DNA of 64,000 nt from the human T2T-CHM13v2.0 reference genome, Homo sapiens: NCBI RefSeq assembly GCF_009914755.1, contig NC_060926.1. One strand, given 5' to 3'. Shown piece by piece: positions 29,519-41,934 of this stretch (its first letter is position 1; each line of letters opens with the position of its first letter). The notes beneath the pieces were generated by a model. That model worked only from the letters and a program-made list of their open reading frames with translations. It was not told where the DNA came from and ran no database searches. Made by a program: the position numbers and the translations under genes.

Positions 29519-30654
29519 CAGAGTTGGAAGCCAATGGAATACTCCTCGATTATTGAAAATTCTTGCGAATATATGCAGATCAAAATGGAAATACAACTAT
29601 ATGTAATTCTATTCAATTAGTAAATCTGTCCTGAAATTGAGTTACATCATCTGATTTCATAGATGAAGAAATTGAAACTGATTTCCTAGAGTCTTCTTTC
29701 TCTTTTCAAATGACGCCAACCAAATCAGATAAAGCTAAAACAAATCTGTTCAGGCATAGGGTCATCAATCATCTGTGTAAGCTTTTTAATTGTCAACAAA
29801 GGACCTCAAAACCATTAAGAATTTTGAGGAATGGAGCCTAATGCCCCGAGAGTCTCTTCTTAATACTGTACCAATTTCCAACTCATCATTTTTTTATATT
29901 TGCTTGTTTGCTCATTTGTTTCTCCCCTAGGAGTTTGATCAACTTTGCTGTTTTACTGATACTATTGGCTTTACTAATCACTTGCTTCAGTCTGAGAGTG
30001 AAATAGAAATGGAATCCTATTATTTATTTCCCTATAATTTTATAGTTTATTTTGAAATATCTAGAAAATCTAGAAAAATAGACAAGGAACTAACAAACTG
30101 TTAGACCCAAAATGTAGACACAGCACAGATCAAAACAAACACAAATCTATCAGACATCACTAACACCCTGTGAAATAATGTAATCTTATTTTCAGAGGTG
30201 TAGAGTTGTCAAAATCCCTTACAGCTGGCACTAAGAAAGTGACGGTAATTTGGGGGAGTCCACGTGGTTCATGACTTAGCTGTGACCCATTAACAGTTTT
30301 TCCCATCTCAGTTTATTTCTGCCCTGTTTGCTCTGTCTGAAGGGTATTCTCTAGCCAGTTATTAAAACGAAGCCACCATACAGTGAAGTGAAGCATCTTT
30401 ATTTATTACTCCAAGGAAACCAGCATTGCCCAGACTCACCAGAGTTATGTAAACATCCTGTCACTTCGAGAACCTCAGGCAGAGTAAATCGATGGAAGAC
30501 AGTGGTCTAGATTCCACACCCACGCAGACATACATGCTTTTGTTGCTTTTTGTTTGGGCTTTGGTTTATATAGTGTGGTGGTCCCTGAGTACGATCCTCA
30601 GGAATCTGTTCTAGAACAAGAACAAGAACAACAACAATAACAACAAAAACCTCA

Positions 30655-30985
<331 letters not shown>

Positions 30986-31035
30986 GTAATTGAGGCATGT
31001 GGGCTAACAACATCGACAACAACTGCAAGGTCTAT

Positions 31036-31773
31036 AGAACTGCAGAAACTTAATCCAGTCTATCATTGTTGGACATTTGGGTTGGTTCCAAGTCTTTGCT
31101 ATTGTGAATAATGCCGCAGTAAACATACATGTGCATGTGTCTTTATAGCAGCATGATTTATAATCCTTTGGGTATATACCCAGTGATGGGATGGCTGGGT
31201 CAAATGGTATTTCTAGTTCTAGATCCTTGAGGAATTGCCACACTGACTTCCACAATGGTTGAACTAGTTTACAGTCCCACCAACAGTGTAAAAGTGTTCC
31301 TATTTCTCCACATCCTCTCCAGCACCTGTTGTTTCCTGACTTTTTAATGATCGCCATTCTAACTGGTGATTAAGAAAATGTGGCACATACACACCATGGA
31401 ATACTATGCAGCCATAAAAAATGATCAGTTCATGTCTTGTAGGGACATGGATGAAGCTGGAAACCATCATTCTCAGCAAACTATCACAAGGACAAAAAAA
31501 CCAAACACCGCATATTCTCACTCATAGGTGGGAATTGAACAGTGAGAACACATGGACACAGGAAGGGGAACATCACACACCGGGGCCTGTTGTGGGGTCA
31601 GGGGAGGGGGGAGGGATGGTATTAGGAGATATACCTAATGTTAAATGACGAGTTAATGGGTGCAGCACACCAACATGGCACATGTATACATATGTAACAA
31701 ACCTGCACATTGTGCACATGTACCCTAAAACTTAAGGTATAATAATAATAATAAAAAAGAACTGCAGAAACTT
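31036..31773 (+). mobile_element. 5'-inverted (twin-primed), truncated L1PA4/5-like insertion with a 16-bp TSD
   Basis: TSD agaactgcagaaactt at 31036-31051 and 31758-31773. Antisense ORF2 segment 31052-31368, then sense ORF2 end, 3'UTR and (AAT)n/A tail 31368-31757. Confidence 0.95.
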
Positions 31774-31862
31774 GAGCCAATCCTAGACCTATCAAATTAG
31801 AATCTGTAAGTTACCAAGATCTTAGGAGGTATCTATATGCATTAAAGCTGATAAATGCTATG
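31774..31862. mobile_element. MER5B-like hAT DNA transposon remnant (likely target of the L1)
   Basis: 'cctagacctatcaaattagaatctgtaagttaccaagatcttaggaggtatctatatgcattaaagctgataaatgcta'. Confidence 0.5.
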
Positions 31863-32482
31863 TTTAGGGCTCAACCTTTAACTTAAGGCAGTTGAGAACC
31901 ATGCTACCAAGCTAAAATGAGTCAAAAGGGGAAGTGTGAACTGGGAAAATCTGTTAAGTCTGTCCAGTATTATGGGATCAAATTATTGGTTGGTGGGAAG
32001 TTGAAAAAAGGAAGGAATGCCATTGATTCCATTCAGCTTGTGCACTGTGGTTTTTTTATATAGTTCTATTGCAGTCTCAGTGGAAGGGCCTCTTAAGTGG
32101 GAGGCTCCACAAAGACCAAACCTTGCTGCCTTTTCTTACACTGGATTTTGCCTGTGAGAATAGAGAGGCAGGATTCTCCTGCTGCCACAGAAGGTCCATA
32201 CTCCTCCTCTTCTCACTACATCAAAAGCCTTGTTCTGATAATTTGCTCCAGAGCCAATCTCTCTATTCTGGTTCCCTTCGTGGATGATTTATCCATCTTA
32301 CCAGTATGTGATGTGGAGTTCACTAGGCTGACATGATTGTAGAGGAATATTCAGGAGAGGTATGTTTGGTTTATAGTTGCCATAGCTGATTAATCAGCTG
32401 GGACTGATAAATGGCCATCCAGGCTGGAATTTAGATAGGAAATTTGTGGAAAATGGAAGTGAGGGATTTTGTAATAGATGCC

Positions 32483-33014
32483 CTGTATTCACTGCAGCAG
32501 GCAGTTAAAATGTGTCCTTTGTCTGAGGGACTGAGCCCTGCAACCTACAATTGCTAGACCTCTGTATCCACTGGCTTCCAGTTACATTTGACAAATGGGA
32601 GTCACTGGAAGAGGATTAGAAAGAGCAGAGGAGGAGAGAAGCCATAGAATTTCTCTCATGGCTCTACTTTCAGAACTGTCTCTGGCAATGGCTTCATCTC
32701 CTTATAGCTGAATTTCACCGGAGTCCTTTCACCATATTTTCGTCTCATGCAAGGGACTCTTCCTATCATAATTCCAGCTCTGGCTTAGCAAGGCGCCTAT
32801 CACGGTAATTCCTATTTTTTCCATGCAGCCCTACTCATGGGTTCTGGCGACATCACCTCCTCCCATTGTCCTCCCACAGGGGCTTGGAACAGCATCCAAT
32901 TACTGCCCCTTCAGCTCTTCTCAAACCTTGTAAACTTGTTCTTTGTGTTTATTTCCTTTTACCGAACAGTTTAGAAAGGTTTCCATTTCACTGGCCTCTC
33001 TCTGACTGATACGC
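32483..33014 (+). mobile_element. Ancient ERVL solo LTR (LTR33/LTR41-like)
   Basis: 'ctggcttccagttacatttgacaaatgggagtcactggaagaggattaga', end 'ttccatttcactggcctctctctgactgatac'. Confidence 0.5.
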
Positions 33015-34080
33015 TGAACTTATATTCTACAAGCTTAAGCATCAATAGCCTCTCTTTGGGAAATCCGTCCCAGTGGGAAATGTCACTGAAATTAACCTTC
33101 AGGCATAGAACGAGAAACATAGAATTTTGTTTCTAGAAAGAGGTTTTGGAATTATCCAAGCCCATCATTTCAGAAATGAGGAGCTATTTCCAAGATACAA
33201 TAAGTTCCATGCCCAGTCTTATACAGTTATTAAATGGGAATGCCAAGACGAGCTCTGTCCATATTGAGTGTGCTTCCACTGTTCTACATTTCTTCTATGG
33301 TATATTTGTTGGCTTCATGAAACCATATGCATGGTTGATACCAAATGTTGTAGATAGATAAATATTTCAGTGCTACTAGCCAAAGTTATATTAGAGGAAA
33401 TTAATGAGCATGTTCAGAGTAATGTGCTTTACATATACATAAATTTTTACCAAATGTATAGGAACCTATCAAATATAGTTGAAATTAACCATGACAACCT
33501 AAATTTCTAATATAGGAGATATTTGTTTTTATGTGAATGGAGATATAAAAGAGACTGAAAGAAGAGTTAAAACATTAAAAAATGACATAAATGGGAAAAA
33601 AAGAGCGTTAAGACCATAAAATAGCCTGTTGACAGTTATTGGTGGGGAATTTCATGGGAAGAGAATGACATCAGAGTTAAGTAAACATGGCAAATTAAGA
33701 ATTTAGAAAAGCAATATGGGATTTACAAGAAAATTATGCAATAATATTTATTTTAAGGGAGAAACATTGCTGAATAAACACCTTAAGAAGTTAAAGAAAT
33801 GCATTATTGTAAAAGGCACAATCCTGGAGGTGCTGCATAAAATCATCAGACTGAAAGGCTCAATTTAGGGCAGAGATCAATCGACAAGATAAAAGAAAAA
33901 AGGAATAAAGTTATTTAAGTGCATTTCTGGCATCTACAGCAGTTCTGAACAGGTGGTATAATGTTGGAATTAAAAACATAAAATCCAAAATCAAACTATT
34001 TGGGCTCAAATATAAGCTCTGTCATTTATGTGTTGTGTATATTTGTTAAGGTAGCCCAGGATTCAATTAAAAAAAAAAAT

Positions 34081-34372
34081 AGGAAGGGGGGTGAGGTGCC
34101 ACTACTGCCCGCATTTTTTGAGTGAGTTCAGCATGTGCGTGAGCGAGTGAGCAAAAAGAAGAGTGCATGGTGGCACCAGGAGGCTGGGCTGAGTGGTTTT
34201 GAGAGATTACCTGAAGTTGGATTCAAAAGCAAGATCTACTACTAACTTTGTAATGAAATAAGATATTGAGAAACCATTGATGGTTCTGGGGCAGATGAAG
34301 GTACTTACTCGGATAGTTGAGGCCTGTCCCAGAAAGTCATTGTAGTGTTAACTGCAACAAGTTGGTTTATAG
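34081..34372 (+). other. ~290-bp non-L1, mRNA-5'-end-like leader fused to the L1PB1
   Basis: G-rich start with many TG/CA dinucleotides in a CpG-decay pattern ('catgtgcgtgagcgagtgagca', 'gtgcatggtggcacca'), then UTR-like sequence. It is preceded by an A-run and joins L1 5'UTR sequence at 'tttatag|ctgatgctctctggaaagc'. Confidence 0.55.
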
Positions 34373-34792
34373 CTGATGCTCTCTGGAAAGCACTACCTCC
34401 TGGCAGGAGGCCAACTGGCACAAAAATAGAGCATTAAACCACTAAAGCTAAGAACCCTCAGGGAGTCCATTGCACTGCCCCACCCCCCAACATCTTGACT
34501 GGAACAGCCGCCGGTATCCACAGCTTAGAGACCCACAGATGGTTCATATCACAGGACTCTGTCCAGACAACCCCCAGTACCAGCCCACAGCCAGGTAGAC
34601 TCGCTGGTGGCTAGGCCCAGAAGAGAAAATAATCACTGCAGTTCAGTTCATAGGAAGCCATATCCATAGGAAAACAGGGAGAGAACTTCATCAAGGGAAC
34701 ACCTCGTGGGACAAAAGACTCTGAACCACCCTAGACCTTCCCTTTGACAGAGCCTTCAACCCTAGACCTTCCCTCTGACAGAACCTACCCAA

Positions 34793-35814
34793 ATGAGAAG
34801 GAACCAGAAAACCAACTCTGGTAATATGAAAAAACAAGGCTCTTCATCACCCCCAAAATATCGCACTAGTTCACCAGCAATGGATCCAAACTCAGAAGAA
34901 ATCCCTGATTTACCTGAAAAGGAATTCAGGAGGTTAGTTATTAAGCTAATCAGGGAGGGACCAGAGATAGGCAGAGCCCAATGCAAGGAAATCCAAAAAA
35001 TGATACAAGAAGTGAAAGGAGAAATATTTAAGGAAATAGATAGCTTAAAGAAAAAACAATAAAAAATTCAGGAAACTTTGGACACACTTTTAGAAAAGTG
35101 AAATGCTCTGGAAAGTCTCAGCAATAGAATTGAGCAAGTAGAACAAAGGAATTCAGAGCTCGAAGACAAGGTCATTGAATTAACCCAAGCCAACAAAGAC
35201 AAAGAATAAAGAATAAGAAAATATGAACAAAACCTCCAAGAAGTCTGTGATTATGTTAAACAACCAAACCTAAAAATAATTGGTGTTTCTAAGGAAGAAG
35301 AGAATTCTAAAAGCTTGGAAAACATATTTGGGGGAATAATCAAGGAAAACCTCCCTGGCCTTGCTAGAGACCTAGACATCCAAATACAAGAAACACAAAG
35401 AATGCCCGGGAAATTCATTGCAAAAAGATCTTCATCTAGGCACATTGTCATCAGGTTATCCGAAGTTAAGATGAAGGAAAGAATCTTAAGAGCTGTGAGC
35501 CAGAAGTGATAAAGGAAACCTATAAACGTAAACCTACCAGATTAAAAGCAGACTTCTCAGCAGAAACCCTACAAGATAGAAGGGATTGGGGCCCTATATT
35601 CAGCCTCCTCAAACAAAACAATTATCAGCCAAGAATTCTGTATCCAGTGAAACTAAGCATTATATATGAAGGAAAGGTTCAGTCTTTTTCAGACAAACAA
35701 ATGCTGAGAGAATTTGCCATTACCAAGCCATCACTAAAAGCACTACTAAAAGGAGCTCTAAATCTTGAAACAAATCCTGGAAACACATCAAAACAGAACC
35801 TCTTTAAAGCATAA
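34793..35814 (+). pseudogene. L1 ORF1p remnant
   Basis: MRRNQKTNSGNM start; 'LENIFGGIIKENLPGLARDLDIQIQE', 'RLKADFSAETLQ.RRDWGPIF', 'YQPRILYPVKLS'; multiple stops. Confidence 0.9.
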
Positions 35815-35899
35815 ATCGCACAGGACCTATAAAACAAAAACACAAGTTAAAAAGCAAAAACAAACAATAAAAAAAACAAAGTACACAGCCACAAAGAGC

Positions 35900-38790
35900 A
35901 AGGGTACCTCACATTTCAATACACTGAATGTAAATGGCCTAAATGCTCCACTTAAAAGATACAGAACTGCAAAATGGATAAGAACTCACTAACCAACTAG
36001 CTGCCGCCTTCAGGAGACTTGCTTAACATATAAGGACTCACATAAAGTAAAGGGGTAGAAAAAGGCAAATGGACACTGAAAATGAGCAGGGGTAGTTATT
36101 CTTATATCAGACAAAACAAAATTTAAAGCAATAGCAGTTAAAAGAGACAAAGAGAAACATTATATAATGGTAAAAGGCCTTGTCCAACAGGAAAATATCA
36201 CAATACTGAACATATATGCACCTAACACTGGAGCTCCCAAATTTATAAAACAATTATTAACAGACCTAATAAATGAGATAGACAGAAACACAATAATAGT
36301 GGGGGATTTCAATACTCCACTGACAGTACTAGACAGGTCAAAGACAGAAACTCAACAAAGAAACAATGGATTTAAACTCTACCATGGAAAAAATGGACTT
36401 AACAGATATATGCAGAACATTTCATCCAACAATCGCAGAATACACCTTCTATTCAACAGCGCATGGAACTTTCCCCAAGATAGACCATATGATGGGTCAT
36501 AAAATGAGCCTCAGTACATTTAAGAAAACTGAAATTATATCAGGCACTGTCTCAGACCACAGTGGAATAAAACTGGGAATCAACTCCAAAAGGAACCTTC
36601 AACATCAGGAAACTACAGGGAAATTAAATAACCTGCTCCTGAATGAGCACTGGGTCAAAAATGAAATCAATATTGAAATTAAAAAATTCTTCAAACTGAA
36701 CGACAATAATAACACAACCTATCAAAACCTCTGGGGTACAGCAAAGGTAGGGATAAAAAGAAAGTTCATAGCCCTAAATGCCTATATCAAAAAGACTGAA
36801 AGAGCACAAACCGACATTCTAAGGTCACATCTCAAGGAGCTAGAGAAACAAGAACAAATCAAATCCAAACCTAGCAGAAGAAAGGAAATAACCAAGATCA
36901 GAGGAGAATTAAATGAAATTGAAGCAAAAACAAATGCAAAAGATAAATGAAACAAAAAGCTGGTTCTTTGAAAAGATAAAGCTGATAGAACATTAGCAAG
37001 ATTAACCAAGAAAAAAAGAGAGAAAATCCAAATAACCTCACTAAGAAATGAAACAAGATATTACAACTGACACCACTGAAATACAAAAGATCATTCAAGG
37101 CTACAATGAACACCATTATGCACATAAACTAGAAAACTTAGAAGAGACGGATAAATTCCTGGAAAAATGCAACCCTCCTAGCTTAAATCAGGAAGAATTA
37201 GATACCCTGAACAGACCAATAACAAGCAGCAAGATTGACATGGTAATTTTAAAATTACCAACAATAAAAAGTCCCGGACCAGATGGATTCACAGTAGAAT
37301 TTTACCAGACATTCAAAGAAGAATTGGTATGAATCGAATATTGCACAAGATAGAGAAAGAAGGAACCCTCCCTACTTCATTCTATGAAGCCAGCATCATC
37401 CTAATACCAAAACCAGGAAAGGACATAACCAAAAAAGAACACTACAGACCATTATCTTGGATCAACATAGATGCTAAAATCCTTAATAAAATACTAGCTA
37501 ACCAAATCCAACAACATATCAAAATGATAATCCACCATGATTAAGTGGGATTCATACCAGGGATGCAGGAGTGGTTTAACATACACAAGTCAATAAATGT
37601 AATATACCACATAAACGGAATTAAAAACAAAATCACATGATTATCTCAATAGATGCAGAAAAAGCATTCAATAAAATCCAGCATCCCTTTATGATTAGAA
37701 CTCTCAGCAAAATCAGCATACAAGGGACATACCTGAATATAATAAAAGCTATCTATGACAAAACCACAGCCAACATAAAACTGAATGGCAAAAGTTGAAA
37801 GCATTCTCTCTGAGAACTGGAACAAAACAGGGATGCCCACTCTGACCACTCCTCTTCAACATAGTACTAGAAGTCCTAGCCAGAGCAATCAGACAAGAGA
37901 AAGAAATAAAGAGCATCCAAATCAGTAAAGAGGAAGTCAAACTGTCCCTGTTTGCTGACGATATGATGATTTACCTTGAAAACCCTAAGGACTCCTCCAG
38001 AAAGCTCTTTGAACTGATAAAAGAATTCAGCAAAGTTTTTGGATACTAGATTAATGTACACAAATCAGTAGCTCTTCTATACACCAACAGTGACCAAGCA
38101 GAGAATCAAATCAAGAATTCTACCCATCTTACAATAGCTGGAAAAAAAAAAAAACCACTTAGGAATATACCTAACTACGGAGTCGAAAGACTTCTACAAT
38201 GAAAGAGGATATACAAATGGCCACCAAATATATAGAAAAAAAAAATGCTCAACATCACTAATGATCAGGGAAACACAAATCAAAACCACAATGCAATACC
38301 ACCTTACTCCCACAGGAATAGCTATAATCAAAAAATCAAAAAACAGTAGATGTTGGTATGGATGTGGTGAACAGAAAACACTTCTATACTGCTGGTGGGA
38401 ATGTAAACTAATACAACTGCTGTGGAAAATAGTGTGGAGATTCCTCAAATAAGTAAAAGTAGAACTACCATTTGATCCAGCAATCCCACTACTGGGAATC
38501 AACCCAGAGGAAAAGAAGTCATTATTCGAAAAAGATACTTGCACATGCATGTTTATAGCAGCACAATTCACAATTGCAAAATCGTGGAACCAACCCAAAT
38601 GCCCATCAATCAATAAGTGGATAAAGAAACTCTGGTATATACATACGACGGAATACCACTCAGTTATGAAAAGGAATGTATTAACAGCATTTGCAGTGAC
38701 CTAGATGAGATTGGAGACTATTATTCTAAGTGAAGTAATTGAGGAATGGAAAACCAAACATTGTATTTTCTCACTGATATGTGGAAGCTA
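35900..38790 (+). pseudogene. L1 ORF2p remnant (EN, RT, CCHC), disrupted
   Basis: 'TLNVNGLN', 'ILNIYAPN', 'IVGDFNTPL', 'SDHSGIKL', 'KSPGPDGF', 'tttgctgacgat' (FADD), '[14 protein letters not shown]'; many frameshifts. Confidence 0.92.
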
Positions 38791-39198
38791 AGCTATGAGG
38801 ACACAAAGGCATAAGAATGATACAATGGACTCTGGGGACTTGGGGGGAAGATGAGAGGGGGTGAGAGATAAAATACTACAAATATGGTGCAGTATATACT
38901 GCTCGGGTGATGGGTGCACCAAAATCTCACAAATCACCACTGAAGAACTTACTCTGTAACCAAACACCACCTGTACTCCAATAACTTATGGAAAAAAAGG
39001 AATTAAAAAAATTTCCTTTGGAATAAAAAAAAAGACCCAAAAATATATTAAATGTAAAAGCCAGAAGAAATGTATTTCTTGTTTAAAGAACAGTCTGAGT
39101 TTTGCTGATAAGAGATGGCACAAACATTGATTATGGTATGTAGCTAACCATGTTGTGTGACTTAGGCCTAGTTATTTAACTTCTCTGGGCTTCTGGGA

Positions 39199-39199
<1 letters not shown>

Positions 39200-39236
<37 letters not shown>

Positions 39237-39483
39237 CAGACAGGGTCTCATTCTGTCGCCCAGGCTGCAGTGCAGTAGTATGATCACAGCTTTCCGCAAC
39301 CCTGCCTCCCAGGGCTCACGGAATCCTCCCACCTCAGCCTCCCAAGTAGCTGGGACTACAGGCACGCACCACCACACCCGGCTAATTTTTTGTATTTTTG
39401 ACAAAGACGAGGTTTCACCATGTTGCCCAGGCTGGTCTCCAACTCCTAGGCTCAAGCAATCCACCTGCCTTGGTCTCCCAAAG
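39200..39483 (-). mobile_element. AluJ-like element, antisense, ~35 nt 5'-truncated, with a (GA)n tail; inserted in a MIR
   Basis: 'cagggtctca...ctcaagcaatccacctgccttggtctcccaaag'; (TC)n at 39202-39230; candidate TSD gggactttct / gggattttct. Confidence 0.9.
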
Positions 39484-39722
39484 GGATTTTCTATTCTATA
39501 ATACTTGGATAGTAGTAGTGTTCTTGCATGTAAAATACTTAGAAAAGTAGTAAGCACTCAATAAGAACCAGTTGCTATGCTTTTATTAGTTCAGATTGGC
39601 TATTTTTGAAGTTCTGCCCGATACTGATGACTCCATCCTTAAAGATTCATTAACGTCTATTATATAAATTGTCTATTATAGTAACAGAAATGTCTGTTAT
39701 ACAAGTTAGGTTTTCCAAGGAG

Positions 39723-39906
39723 ACTGGTTCTTAAATGTCAGTGTGCATCAGAATCACCTGGAGGTTATAAAAACCCATATTGCTGGACCCCTCCTGGAAG
39801 GCTTCTAATTCAGTAAGTATAAGAAGGAGACTGAGAATTTGTAGTTCTAACAAGTTCCAGGGGATGCTGATGCTTATGGTCTGAGGACCACAATTTGAGA
39901 ACCATC
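39723..39906. mobile_element. MER5A (hAT-Charlie MITE)
   Basis: Termini 'ctggttcttaaa' and 'tttgagaaccat'; internal 'gcatcagaatcacctggag' and 'ttctaacaagttccaggggatgctgatgc'. Confidence 0.85.
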
Positions 39907-41320
39907 ATCCTTGTTTAGGACAAGAGACTGAAAAAGCCTAACCCTACAAAGGCTGACCCTGCTTTGACCATATCTAATCAAGTCTATCCCTGTAATACTC
40001 CAATTTGTCTCAGCCCTGCTTCCTCTTTGCACACAGGCTTATAGAATCAGCATATACCTTCCCAACTCCTCCCTTTTTTTTTTTTTTTTTGCTTCCTTTG
40101 GCACCTTAAGGTTCTACCAGAGAAGTGAAATCTGCCACCTGGTAACTTAGTAATATATTAAACAATATTTATTTTCTGTGGTCTGCAAATCACAATATAC
40201 GCATTTTCAAAAATCTGTGAGCAATTATCCATATTGTAAGGAGTTGTTTTAATATACTATCTCATATTGCTTTGTATATATTTGGCAACCTCCCCAACCC
40301 TCAGTTTGTAGGTGCTTATGGAATGCAAACTAACTTTGATACTTGCTATGAAAATCAGCTATAATAAGAATATCTCAGTGGACATCAAAGAAGGGATAGT
40401 GTACTTTCTACCCTCATTGCTTGAAAGACAAACTCCAAAGTATTTAAATCTCAGGTGGCAAAATAATGACCAATTTGAAATTAGCTGGCAGATATGGTGT
40501 TTCACCAGCATGTTACTTGAAAAGGTTTTGTATTTGAATGTTTAGCAGGGTATGACTGCTCCCAGTTAGACCATGTCCTTACCACTATCTATTATATTAC
40601 AGCTTTCTCACTGTACTGTCCTGTCCCTTAAATATATTTGAACCTGTAACTTTTGCTTTGATGAGTTTTATAATCTGCATTTGTAATTCTTCACTCTCCT
40701 TGCCTCCCACTTCCCATAAGACTTCCTTTGTTCACCTACATTTGCTTACTTATTAACAGGCAAATATAAAATTTGCTTCAGCAATATCAAGCCTGCACTT
40801 CTAACACACCCTTAGCTGGCTCCAACCACCTCTATCTTCATCTATAAAATGGGAATAATAATAAAATCCCTTAGGTCTTTCAGACAAGATGATAGCCTAA
40901 ACAGATATAGGTACTTCCCCATCTGGTTAAAAATACATAGTACTTTTTGATAAAACAACTTTTTAAAATCTGAAAGAAAAGTTGATATCCAAAAAAGGAA
41001 ATATTCTATAGCAAACGTCATAAAAGAGAAAAATCATAAAAAATGATAAGGTGAAGTCCCCATCTCCCATAGAGGCACCAGGATCAGATACACACCTTAA
41101 AGGCTAGATTTTTAATGTTTGAGCAGACAGAAGTTAAAGTCAGAAGGCTAAGAACAAAAAAAAAAAAAAAAAAAAGATTTCCAAGTCTGTGACCAGGAAC
41201 CAAAAAATCTGCATCCGCAAGACCAGAGTTTTGTTAAGCATGAGCCAGTCAATCATGGCTGTGAATAGAACCGGGGCCCAGATTCAGCGCCAAATACAGG
41301 GAAGGTAAGAAAAGTAAGAT

Positions 41321-41445
41321 ATTCGGCAGGCTGAGGCAGGACAATCACTTGAACCCAGGAGGCTGAAGTCGCAGTAAGCCGAGACTGTGCTGCTGCACTC
41401 AAGCCTGAGCAGCAGAGTGAGACTCTGTCTCAAGGAAAATAAATT
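41321..41445 (+). mobile_element. Alu right-arm fragment
   Basis: 'ggctgaggcaggacaatcacttgaacccaggagg...gagactctgtctcaa'. Confidence 0.85.
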
Positions 41446-41592
41446 TTTAAAAATATTAAACCATTTCTTTAAAAGGAAAGAAGAGAATTCATAAAATGAG
41501 GATAAAACGTTATGGGGAACTAACAGACTAATTTTTTAGAAAATTGTATAAATGATCAAATATAAACAAAATCTAGTCTTTACTTTTTTTTA

Positions 41593-41934
<342 letters not shown>

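Larger units (their letters stand above)
34373..39010 (+). mobile_element. L1PB1-like LINE (L1PBa-type 5'UTR), near full length, with a ~0.9-kb ORF2 deletion
   Basis: 5'UTR 'ctgatgctctctggaaagc...atagagcattaaacc', ORF1 and ORF2 remnants, L1PB-type 3'UTR 'ctatgaggacacaaaggcataagaatgatacaatggactctgggg...ccaataacttatggaaaa'. Confidence 0.92.

Noticed and set aside
34279-34345. Short ORF MVLGQMKVLTRIVEAC in the L1 leader as an identifier of the donor gene
   Set aside because: I could not match it to any protein I recognise, so no gene name is assigned.
39011-39060. Possible short 3' transduction after the L1PB1 (aataaa plus an A-run)
   Set aside because: Too short and A-rich to distinguish from a decayed tail or flank; the TSD is unresolved.
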